Source of the DNA: Acidimicrobiales bacterium
GTDB lineage: Bacteria; Actinomycetota; Acidimicrobiia; Acidimicrobiales; JAKAVM01
Reading direction: 5' to 3'
NCBI GenBank assembly: GCA_027452005.1
Contig: DAIDHF010000007.1
Span: forward strand, 15,254 to 79,253
Length of the DNA stretch: 64,000 nucleotides
The notes under the pieces were generated by a model, which saw only the letters and a program-made list of their open reading frames with translations, was not told the DNA's origin and did not search any database. The translations under genes were made by a program, and so were the position numbers. Below are positions 8,491 through 17,744 of the stretch, one piece after another (position 1 is the first letter of the stretch; each line of letters begins with the position of its first letter).

Positions 8491-9808
8491 TGCCGCCACT
8501 TGGAGTTCCGGTAAAAGCAAAAAAATTGGAATTTAGTCCAAAATCAGCTTCAAAAGTAGTTCCACCTACTGTCAGACTTGAATTTGTACCCGTAATTTGG
8601 ACCGTTTTAGCCCTCCCTCCAAAATCCCCATTTCCATCCCGGGAAGTCACCGAGATCGCTACTAGGGTGCCAATTGAAGGCCAGGTAGCTTCGACCTGAG
8701 AAACGGGGATCGACGCCTGCCAGGTGTGATTTGGATTGCAGGCACTTGGCACACAAACCGAGTCGCCAGCGTCTGGTACCGCTGGAAAGCTCCCTCCCGA
8801 TGTATATCCACCCGTAGAGGCTGAAAATTCTGTGTTAGCAATTGCCCCTTGGCCATTTTCAAGAACCTCGCCTGCTGTGTCGGAAATTGCTTCATCTGTG
8901 AGAGGATTTTCAGAACTCAATCCACCGTAGACTTGACACTGTGTTGAATCGCAAATATCTGCGTATCCAAATTCACCTAAATCAGACAGTGCATATGAAC
9001 GTGCCGCCACTGCCTGAGCCTCAAGTTCTTGAAATCCACAGTTTTCCTGCTGTGGACCGCTATTGCCCAAAGTCCCCCAATAGGCCGGAGACTCTGAAGG
9101 GACGACCCCTCTCAAGTAGGATTCTATCGGCAAAACGTTAACGGTCCTAGACGAGCCCTGGTATAAGGCTGGTTCGATATCTCCTCGTAGGTATTCATTG
9201 GCTGGTAATTGACATAGTTGTAAAACTTGACTAGATGTTGCTGTTGTACTGGAACTCGAAGGAGAGATAAGTGGACTGGAGACTGTCTCTAGTGGTTTTG
9301 AGGCCCATGGTCCACCACATCCGGGGCCCTGATATACTGCCCATTGACTGTTGGGTGCCTCAACCAACATCACCGCTTGGTTGGCCGGAACTGTGTAGCT
9401 GTCAACCGTGAAGGGGCTCTGGGACGTCACAATGGTTGTAAGACCGTCCTCACCAGTTATAACGACCCTAATATTTGAGTTTCCCACAATCTTTGGAGAA
9501 GTTCCGCCGTAGTAGTGAGATAAAATCCATGAGTAACTTTCGCCGTCAAGAGCATATCCCAATGCCCCCCACTGACCCATCCCATATCCATGTCCCCAAC
9601 CATGCCCAATAACTCCGACTTGACTGTTGGGATAAACCGCGTGAGGTATGACTTCTCCTACAGACCGACCAACAATCCCGAAGGTGGTTATCAAGAATGC
9701 AAACAACCCTGCGACAAACTGACCAAGTAATCTCTGATTACCTAGTCTCACAAGTGCTCTATCGAGATACTTATGCCTGTAGTTATTCTTTATTCCATGA
9801 TTGGCCAT
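7727..9808 (-). CDS. Membrane-anchored SpoIID/LytB-domain protein with a C-terminal six-unit 42-aa repeat module
   Basis: N-terminal TM segment ([17 protein letters not shown]). SpoIID-type motifs [23 protein letters not shown] and [11 protein letters not shown]. The C-terminus has 6 repeats of the [22 protein letters not shown] type. Confidence 0.75.
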   Translation of the reverse strand: [693 protein letters not shown]

Positions 9809-9823
9809 TTAGATATAACTCTA

Positions 9824-11050
9824 CTACTTGGCGACTGAGACTACTTTCATGGCCACCGGGAAAGCCACCACTCCCACGTCCCTGCCCGGATTTACCACCT
9901 CAAAATGGTCGACCTGCTCTCTCCATGCATACACAGACCCACTCTCGACCCCTCGTACCTCAAAGGTCATCTTATAGACTCCGTCCAGGAGGGGAACAGT
10001 TGCAAAATCAAATACTATCTCACCAGCTCCGTCTAAAATGCCAACGTCAACCCCGTGGCCCTGCGAGGTTGCAGAGAAAAACAGCTCATTGCCAGAATAG
10101 ATCGATACTCCAAATTGAGCATCGTTAATCGCTCTATTCGCATTATAGTGCAAACGAACCCGCATGGGATCTCCTGAAAGAATATGCCCTGACCCGTTGC
10201 TCTCTATCACTACCTCTTCAATGCTAATGTCACCTGTACCTAGGGTTTCCTTCCCTTGATCTACCAAATTGTTTTCAAGCACCTCTCCGAGCTGCGGTGA
10301 ATTGATACCTGAACTTGCCATCATATATTCACGGAATACCCGAATTGCTTCTCCGGGGGCTCCAAATGCCACCACCTTTCCGTGGTCGAGTACGAAGGCT
10401 TTGTCGCATATCTGCCGTACAGAGTCAGCTGCATGTGTAACGAACACGATGGTCTTGCCAGCTTTTTGAAACTGGTTGATCCTGTCAATGCATTTTCGTT
10501 GAAAGTTCTCGTCCCCAACAGCCAATACCTCGTCAATCAGCAAGATGTCAGGGTCAACGTTTACGGCTACAGCGAAACCAAGACGCGCCTGCATGCCCGA
10601 GCTGTAAAATTTCACCTGGTTGTCTATGAACTGTGAAAGCTCAGAAAACTCGACAATCTCTTCGAACTTCGAGTCAATTTGGCGTTTGCTCAATCCCAGT
10701 AAAGAAGCATTTAGATAGATATTGTCTCTTCCTGAAAGGTCGGGATGAAATCCAGCTCCAAGTTCCAAAAGTGCGGCGACTGATCCTCGCAAACATACCT
10801 TTCCGGTAGTCGGCTGTAAAATGCCCGCCATGCACTTTAGCAGGGTAGACTTTCCAGAACCATTGTGCCCTAATAACCCAACGGTTTCCCCAGGCTCAAC
10901 TTGAATATTTACATCCCTAAGAGCCCAAAATTCTTCGTAAGATGATCTCATCCCACGGATAAGTTTTTCCTTAATTGACGTATGCTTCTCTTTGTAAAGC
11001 TTAAAATGCTTAGATAGATCTACAACCTCTAAAGAATATGAGGTCATCAA
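9824..11050 (-). CDS. Polysaccharide/O-antigen-type ABC exporter ATPase (Wzt/TagH-like) with a C-terminal beta-rich extension
   Basis: Walker A GHNGSGKST, signature YSSGMQARL, Walker B ILLIDEVLAVGD and H-loop FVTHA. There are ~155 extra C-terminal residues (coding 9824-10290) that resemble the Wzt C-terminal glycan-binding domain in length and beta-strand pattern. Confidence 0.85.
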   Translation of the reverse strand: MMTSYSLEVVDLSKHFKLYKEKHTSIKEKLIRGMRSSYEEFWALRDVNIQVEPGETVGLLGHNGSGKSTLLKCMAGILQPTTGKVCLRGSVAALLELGAGFHPDLSGRDNIYLNASLLGLSKRQIDSKFEEIVEFSELSQFIDNQVKFYSSGMQARLGFAVAVNVDPDILLIDEVLAVGDENFQRKCIDRINQFQKAGKTIVFVTHAADSVRQICDKAFVLDHGKVVAFGAPGEAIRVFREYMMASSGINSPQLGEVLENNLVDQGKETLGTGDISIEEVVIESNGSGHILSGDPMRVRLHYNANRAINDAQFGVSIYSGNELFFSATSQGHGVDVGILDGAGEIVFDFATVPLLDGVYKMTFEVRGVESGSVYAWREQVDHFEVVNPGRDVGVVAFPVAMKVVSVAK

Positions 11051-11995
11051 CTACAGCTCTTCCGCAAAGTTGCCCTCTAGCTTTCCAAAAAGCTTCAACG
11101 ATAGTACGAAGAGTATCGACGACACCAATATGACTATACCGAAATCCTTGAGATACCAACTCAGATCAAAATTAGCCAAATAATGCGTGTGAGGTGCAGG
11201 TGGCGGGACCTTCATTCCTGCAGTTCGAGCAACTCCAGCTAGTGGGTTGCCATAGAAGGCTCTTTGCATTAGCAAGATAATTGGCGCAATTGGATCGGCC
11301 AAATAAATCCATGTCAAATGATGATGAGTCAAGCCACTAGAGGCAACCTGCCAGGTGTATACAGTTGGCGTAGCCCAGAACCATGCCATTAAGAGAACCT
11401 CAAGGATGTGATAGGTATCTCTGAAATATACGTTTACCGCTGAAAAGAAAATCGAAAGAGTAGACGTGAAGATTATAAGGACCACTAGCGCAAGAGGAAC
11501 TAAATATACGTAAGGCGTCTGTGGTACTAAATGAAAAAGAGCTAGAACAACCGTCAAGATAATCGCTTGAAAGAAGAAAAATACAGCGGCTGTTCCCATT
11601 GAACTCAAAACCAGAATTTCACGCGAAAAAGATACTTTTTTAATGAGACCACTGTTGTTGACAACCGATGCGCAAGCTGTAAGGACCGAATTGAAAAAAA
11701 AGTTCCAAATAACCAGACCACACATTAAATAAATTGCAAAATCCGGAACGGGGTTATGAAGGGCAACAGAGAATACAAAATCGTAAATTGCTAAGGTCAA
11801 AGCTGGATTGAGAAAAGACCATGCAAACCCAAGTGCAGATCCCTTGTACTTTACCGACAGGTCCCTGCTGACCATAAACACTAAAAGTTCACGTTCAGCC
11901 CACATACGTTGAAGTCGAGAAATAACCGAAACTTCAGGCGTTAGGATTCTAACTGGTTTCCCCAGGGGTTTTATCCCATCATCAACAGCGCTCAT
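11051..11995 (-). CDS. ABC-2 type polysaccharide exporter permease (Wzm/TagG-like)
   Basis: 314 aa with ~6 hydrophobic helices and an N-terminal motif VSRDLSVKYKGSALGFAWSFLNP typical of ABC-2 permeases. Its stop abuts the start of the downstream ATPase gene. Confidence 0.85.
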   Translation of the reverse strand: MSAVDDGIKPLGKPVRILTPEVSVISRLQRMWAERELLVFMVSRDLSVKYKGSALGFAWSFLNPALTLAIYDFVFSVALHNPVPDFAIYLMCGLVIWNFFFNSVLTACASVVNNSGLIKKVSFSREILVLSSMGTAAVFFFFQAIILTVVLALFHLVPQTPYVYLVPLALVVLIIFTSTLSIFFSAVNVYFRDTYHILEVLLMAWFWATPTVYTWQVASSGLTHHHLTWIYLADPIAPIILLMQRAFYGNPLAGVARTAGMKVPPPAPHTHYLANFDLSWYLKDFGIVILVSSILFVLSLKLFGKLEGNFAEEL

Positions 11996-12056
11996 CTTTG
12001 AAACACTCTATCTAATTCACTACCTAAAGACGGATCTGAGTGAGCAATATACCTGG

Positions 12057-12830
12057 TCACAGCCTTATTCGCGATCCCAAGTTTGGTGCGTCTCCGAATG
12101 GATAGATTCCACCGGCGCTATCAACCATCCAGTAACCAAGTCCGTCCGGAGTCATTGCAAGTCCGACTATGGGCTTTGAAATCTGCTTGTTCCCTAGTGA
12201 CCCATAAAACTGTGCATCTCCAAATGCAAATATGCCGCCATCTGAGGCAACGAACCAGTATCCTTTGCCATCAGATGTTGCCGTCATACCAACGATCGGC
12301 TTGTTTAGGTTCAGAGATCCGGTTGACCCATAAAACTGTGCATCTCCAAATGCAAATATGCCGCCATCTGAGGCAACAAGCCAGTATCCTTTGCCATCAG
12401 ATGTTGCCGTCATCCCAACGACTGGCTTATTGAGTGGCTTACCCCCCATTGATCCATAGAACTTGGCCGAACCAAATGCAAATATTCCTCCATCGGACGC
12501 GACTAACCAGTATCCAAAATTATTAGCCGCTTCCCCCGCCCCAACTATTGGTTTAGTCAATATGGTTGAATTTGACCCTCCGGCAGGTAAACCAGGATTA
12601 ATCTGGCCAGACGAACCGAAATAAGAAGCGCTACCATAGGTAAAGATAGACCCATCAGCACCTACAAGCACGTATCCAGTGCTACTAGAGTCAACTGCAA
12701 ACGCTGAAATCGGCGCGGATAGTGTCAAATTGCTTGCGGAGCCGTATAAAGTTGCGTCCCCGAATGGGTATACATTTCCTGCGCTATCAACCTCCCAATA
12801 ACCTTTTCCATCTGAGGTTGGGGCCATTGC
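12057..12830 (-). repeat. Coding tandem repeat with a 126-nt (42-aa) period, six units; two adjacent units share a near-identical 102-nt block
   Basis: By my alignment, 12199-12300 and 12325-12426 are identical at 97 of 102 nt. The plus-strand shadow ORF 12083-12433 shows the duplication as a repeated LTHKTVHLQMQICRHLRQ. Confidence 0.85.
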
Positions 12831-14348
12831 AACCACCGCCGGTACTGTCGGGGCTAGCCCAGAAAGCTGTGGATCATGGTGAAACATGGGCCATGCACCC
12901 ACCTCGTTCACCGATGCCCCATTCGAAGAGGGAAGCTCAAAGTGATAGATAACACCTTGATTGGAAGAGTTATAACCTGCCACGGTAATTCCAATAGAAC
13001 CATTGGGATCGTCCGTAATCAATGGGGAGTTCTGAAAGCCAATAAAACTGGTAGCACCTATTACCCCTAAGTCTGAGCCAGTCTTGCCGTCAAAAATATC
13101 TATACCAAGCGTAGTTGGAACTAATAGGTCTTGATACCCCGATCCAGAAAGATCCGCTGTGACTGCCGATCCAATAACTGCGCCAGTCGTTGGGGCCTGC
13201 CAAATGGTACTCCCGTTGTCACCGTCCAGTACCCAGATAGACCCAGAACCTGACCCAATATTTGTCCCTTCGATAACTTGAAGTTGACCGTTACCGAGAA
13301 CATCTGCCAAAGCTGGGCTCGAATTGGTTGCTCCATCAAGTTGTACGCTCCAATCTAGTGAACAGTTACTGGCATTTACAGATATGAGCCTATTTGTATC
13401 ACTCACCCCCTGATAGTACATTCCTGTTCCAGCAATAATTGAATAAGTATTTTGGCTACCCACTATTCCAACGGCTGGCGAGGATTGAACGACCTGATTA
13501 GTGTTGTACTGACAGATTAATCCACCGTTGGGTGTTGGTTGATTTAGGTTGCCGGTTGGTGCCAGGACTCTTATGTGACCACCATTTTGATAAGTTGTGT
13601 TATAAGAAAGTCCTGCAGTGGAGTCTCCCCCTTCAATTATTTGATTCTGCCCATTTCCTAGGACATCTCCAATTGCAGGTGTAGTAAAATTAGAATCAGC
13701 CTCATACCAAGGAAATCCAGGAAGAATCGATCCGCTCTGCGCATTCATTGCAAATTCATTTTCACCCATGGATCCACTGATAACATCGGTCGAGCCCTGG
13801 AGATTGCCGACGGTCATTGAGGACTGGACCCCATTTTGCGTCGTTGGATCAGTGGATGGATTGTATTGAGGGACATACCATTGGCTAGACCCTGTCGGGG
13901 TGATTGCCTGATAACCTCCTACAGTCGGGTTAGCAGAATTGCCTACGCCAACGAATACACTGTCCAAGTTGCCTGGATTAATAGGAGCAACCGATGGAGT
14001 AGCATCAATAGCACCACCTGCGTGAAATGGCCAACCTGACACCGCGGATCCATCTGAAAGATGAAAAGCATACACATTCCCCGCCCTGTCGCCAATGACT
14101 ACAGACGGCTTCCCGTCCAAGTTGGCAACATTGGGCGATGAAAGAGCAACTGGGTAACCAGAGTCATCTAACGTTTGCGACCAGATGGTTTGAATTTGGC
14201 TCACTGCAAATACGTGTGGTCGGACAAACAGCTTCTGATAAATACTAGGCCCGGCAAAAGCATTCGCGAACGATACGTCCTGAATAACAGTCACAATGCA
14301 GGCAAAACTAGCTAGAATAACTCCCAACCTTCGAGTAGTGTGCTTCAT
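12057..14348 (-). CDS. Secreted beta-propeller protein (FG-GAP/PQQ-like repeats) with the same C-terminal six-unit 42-aa repeat module
   Basis: Signal-peptide-like N-terminus ([25 protein letters not shown]). Repeated [28 protein letters not shown] and [14 protein letters not shown] motifs. The C-terminus has 6 repeats of the [22 protein letters not shown] type. Confidence 0.7.
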   Translation of the reverse strand: [763 protein letters not shown]

Positions 14349-15526
14349 CTTCCTACCTTCACAATCCGTTCAGCGAACTCACAATAGCGTTCAATAAGTA
14401 TCTCCCAATTGTATCTGGAAATAGCGTACTCTCGCCCGTTACCAGCAAGCTCATCCCGCAAACCCCGATTGGTCAATATTGCATGAAGCTTTACGCAAAA
14501 CTCCTTGAAATTTTCAAACCATAAGCCCCCTCTTGAGGCTATGCAGTGTTCAAGGGTTACCTCACAGCTTCCATTTACGAGTACGGGAATTGAACTTTTC
14601 CAGGCTTCAAATATCACCAATGAGAACGACTCGTAGGCTGAGGGCGAAATAAGAAGCTCAGCACCGGACAGTAGATCCCATTTATCGGACTCGGTAACTG
14701 GACCGATGCAGACGATATCCTTGTGGCTAGGAAGTTTTACTAGGTCAGGTCCGACAAACAATAGCTTGCACTCTGAAGGAAAAGCCTTTTTGTACTCGAT
14801 AAAAAACTCAGCCAAGAACACCGAACCCTTCATTTCATCTATGCGTCCAAGGGAGACAATATAGGGATCTGTTCCAAGTTGAAACTTGTCCCGAATAATA
14901 CTTCCAGTGCAATGTGGGTCACTAGTACCCAATCCCAATGTAATTTGAGGCTTTTGAGCAATTTGAATAACCCGTTGGGTAAGTTTCCGTTCAGCCGAGG
15001 CATGATAGACAAACCCGTCAAAACTTTTGAACGTCTCGTCAAATACCTTTAGGTAAAACGCGGGCTCATCGTGCACGGCTGGGTGTAGGATCTTTCTGCC
15101 CTTTACCCTTTTGACACCTTCAACCGTCGGGTGAAACAAATACGGGTAAAATGCAACTACTTCACTATCGCACCTGGCAATTTCTTCAAGTAATCCTACG
15201 CTTATTGGCCCTTGAAGCTCTACCCAGTCCTTGGACTCGCCTAACGTAAGACGAAGTGGATCTACCTTGACCTTGGCATCCAATTCAAAAAACTTTTCTT
15301 CTCGACCTCGGTCTACAACAAATCTCTTGACCAACACCCCATTTAGTTCACTCATACCTGCGTTTAGTTTGTTTTCCCAGGTTATGTGGTCTAAGGCACA
15401 CGTTGTAATTACCTCAACTTCCCAGTTCTTTTGAGCAACAAGGTGTTCAGCAATCATACGCGCCGCTGATTCTGCACCTCCCAAGATTTCAGTGCCATAG
15501 CGTGGGACGACAAAGGACATCTTCAT
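14345..15526 (-). CDS. Glycosyltransferase, GT4 (GT-B fold)
   Basis: 393 aa with N-terminal GGAESAARMIAEHL and a C-terminal EX7E-type motif YESFSLVIFEAW. It overlaps both neighbouring genes by 4 nt. Confidence 0.8.
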   Translation of the reverse strand: MKMSFVVPRYGTEILGGAESAARMIAEHLVAQKNWEVEVITTCALDHITWENKLNAGMSELNGVLVKRFVVDRGREEKFFELDAKVKVDPLRLTLGESKDWVELQGPISVGLLEEIARCDSEVVAFYPYLFHPTVEGVKRVKGRKILHPAVHDEPAFYLKVFDETFKSFDGFVYHASAERKLTQRVIQIAQKPQITLGLGTSDPHCTGSIIRDKFQLGTDPYIVSLGRIDEMKGSVFLAEFFIEYKKAFPSECKLLFVGPDLVKLPSHKDIVCIGPVTESDKWDLLSGAELLISPSAYESFSLVIFEAWKSSIPVLVNGSCEVTLEHCIASRGGLWFENFKEFCVKLHAILTNRGLRDELAGNGREYAISRYNWEILIERYCEFAERIVKVGR

Positions 15527-16644
15527 GCCTGTTCAATACCATCTGTGCTAAGCCTATACTCATTGAGTATTCTAGTTGCTACTACTGAAAACCGGTCTTG
15601 TGAATCATCCGTGCAACTCATCACCTGTGCGCTAAATCCGATCTTGTTAAAGAGATACACCCAAGTCTCTGGGTGAATGGGTGCAGAGGAACTCAAGTCT
15701 TTCACAGGGCTTTGAACTTTCTCTCTCCAGGCCTGGTTCGAAATCGACGAAATAATACAAAATCCATTTTCGCCAATAATCCGATCAACATTACCTATAA
15801 ACGTTGCAATCTCAATTGGCCCGAAAATTTCAACGCAGTTCTCAACTATAAGTCCGACGATAGAAGCGTCCCCAACAGAACTCAGGTGCACCAAACAAGA
15901 ATCAACCCTTAGATCCCAAAGGTCAATTTCACTTTGTGAGAAAGAATCTAGACTGCGTACTACACCATAAGAATTCGGGCAGAAGCCATGCAATTTTGAA
16001 ATCGACTCTCGGTCTTGTAACCCAATATGTAATACCCGACCCCAATCTCCACACAAATAACGAACATTTTGAAAGTGTTGACTAGACATTCTCTCATGTG
16101 AAACATCGTCAAAGATCCTCGGCCATGAGGTTTTACCGAGCAACGGAAAAGGAACATCGATGTCAATTCTGTTTTGAATCTGACCAGGGCTACGATTATT
16201 CGATTGCCGATTACTTGCAAGATACTGAATTGATCTAGCGGTTGTTGAAGTAAAATCATTCAACTGATTGCCAACATAGCCGACATACCAGCTCATCAAC
16301 TTTGCAAGTAGTCCTTTCCCCATTGTCCCAGCCGGAATCTGCGAGGCAGTGGGCGCTCGCGTGTCAATATTCGCACTTGCTATAACCTGGGTTACCAAGG
16401 AATCTAGATGCTCATCGACTACAGAACTATCATCACCTCTGTTGGAATAAAATACAAGTAGTTCCTCCAATGTGACTGCACCAGCCTGAATATTCCTTCG
16501 AGAACCCACGCTTGCTTGCTGCATATAAATCTTATTCAGGTACGTTTCATTCTCTGCCAAAAGGTCACCAACATTATCGATTTCCTTTTCAGCCCGATAA
16601 ATGCTCCCCTTTAGTTTTTGTTGAAACAGTTCATCCTTACGCAT
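15523..16644 (-). CDS. Hypothetical protein X1: helical N-terminal region + class I methyltransferase-like fold with degenerate Gly loop
   Basis: 373 aa. It shares the segment LLAKLMSWYVGYVGNQLNDF with X3 (ISKVVAWYMNHVGGQLKDM). C-terminal strand pattern: VLHIGLQD ... VVRSLD ... IVGLIVENCVEIF ... IIGENGFCIISS. Confidence 0.5.
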   Translation of the reverse strand: MRKDELFQQKLKGSIYRAEKEIDNVGDLLAENETYLNKIYMQQASVGSRRNIQAGAVTLEELLVFYSNRGDDSSVVDEHLDSLVTQVIASANIDTRAPTASQIPAGTMGKGLLAKLMSWYVGYVGNQLNDFTSTTARSIQYLASNRQSNNRSPGQIQNRIDIDVPFPLLGKTSWPRIFDDVSHERMSSQHFQNVRYLCGDWGRVLHIGLQDRESISKLHGFCPNSYGVVRSLDSFSQSEIDLWDLRVDSCLVHLSSVGDASIVGLIVENCVEIFGPIEIATFIGNVDRIIGENGFCIISSISNQAWREKVQSPVKDLSSSAPIHPETWVYLFNKIGFSAQVMSCTDDSQDRFSVVATRILNEYRLSTDGIEQA

Positions 16645-16652
16645 AGCCTTGT

Positions 16653-17744
16653 TTACTTTCTCAACGTATCGTCTATTAACTTAATGTACTGGGCCCCAGC
16701 TGAGTCGAGATTGAGTTGAGATAGTCGTTCGTAGTTACTTTCGATTACACTTTTCCATTCTGCACGCTCGCTTATTTCAATAATCTTAGCCGCCAGCTTT
16801 TTAGGATCATGTGCTTCAACAGTGTTGTGGTTCGACCCCAACACCTCTGGGATTGCACCTTCAGCAACTCCAACTATGGGTAGTCCGTGACTCATGGCCT
16901 CTACCAGGGGAAAGCAATACCCTTCGTGTCTAGAACTAACAACCAAGAGATCACTAGTGCAATATAGGTTACTCAGTTCGTTATCTCCAATGCTTCCCAC
17001 AAACACAACTTTGTCCTGTAAACCCAAGTTACGAACAAGTACTCTGAGGGCATTGAGATAAGGTGATATTGAGTTCTTCCCAACAATGGTCAGCTCAGCA
17101 CCAAGACCTGTCATCTCATTGAAATAAAATAGTGCGCCAATTGCGTCTTCAAGTGATTTATTGGGAGACAATCGACCTACGCTCAACCACTTCAGAGGGT
17201 AGTAATTGCTTTCAATTTTCCCACCACTCTTTCGCTCCATGGAAGAACTTCCCACTAATGGTGGGAGTACCCGGCACTCGCGAAACCCAAATTGGTTTAG
17301 TACGCTTTCATTAAACCTCGATACCGTAAGTCCCATTTCGGCAATTGAGGCAAGTTGTCGAAGCTCTATTTGCGCACGCCGTTGGATTTTGGCAACAACT
17401 CGATTCCAAGAATCAAAATATTCGGGTGGAGTTATATTGTGGAAGTTTACCCAAACTCTATACTGGCTCTGTAATAGCCAAGCAACCATATCTGACGATG
17501 TTGCAAACTGATAGATAATTAAACCAGCATTTTTGCGCACATCTTCAAAATCGCTATATAGCTTAGTCTTGTCGACTGTATCATTATCGAAGTGCTCTAC
17601 AAAGATTTCTGAATCATAGCCATTTGAGCGCAAGGCATCTTGGAGTCTCAAAGTATGATTTCCCACGGCGTCATGGGCATGTAGCATTGGAACAAATTGG
17701 TCGATAGAAAACTGGCCCATGATTTTAAAGTACTTTTTTCCCAA
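16653..17744 (-). CDS. Glycosyltransferase, GT4
   Basis: 363 aa with EX7E region SSRHEGYCFPLVEAMSHGLPIV. The N-terminus (FVPMLHAHDAVGNHTLRLQDAL) is paralogous to the 19797-20900 and 18665-19789 products. Confidence 0.8.
   Translation of the reverse strand: MGKKYFKIMGQFSIDQFVPMLHAHDAVGNHTLRLQDALRSNGYDSEIFVEHFDNDTVDKTKLYSDFEDVRKNAGLIIYQFATSSDMVAWLLQSQYRVWVNFHNITPPEYFDSWNRVVAKIQRRAQIELRQLASIAEMGLTVSRFNESVLNQFGFRECRVLPPLVGSSSMERKSGGKIESNYYPLKWLSVGRLSPNKSLEDAIGALFYFNEMTGLGAELTIVGKNSISPYLNALRVLVRNLGLQDKVVFVGSIGDNELSNLYCTSDLLVVSSRHEGYCFPLVEAMSHGLPIVGVAEGAIPEVLGSNHNTVEAHDPKKLAAKIIEISERAEWKSVIESNYERLSQLNLDSAGAQYIKLIDDTLRK

Noticed and set aside
9697-10128. 143-aa plus-strand ORF spanning the SpoIID-gene start and the exporter ATPase 3' end
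   Set aside because: It is antisense to two well-supported minus-strand genes, and its Pro/Arg-rich composition is typical of shadow frames.
7727-12830. Regularly spaced repeats considered as a possible CRISPR or non-coding array
   Set aside because: The repeats have a 126-nt period, are in frame, and encode conserved 42-aa units inside long ORFs. There is no repeat-spacer structure and no cas genes are present.
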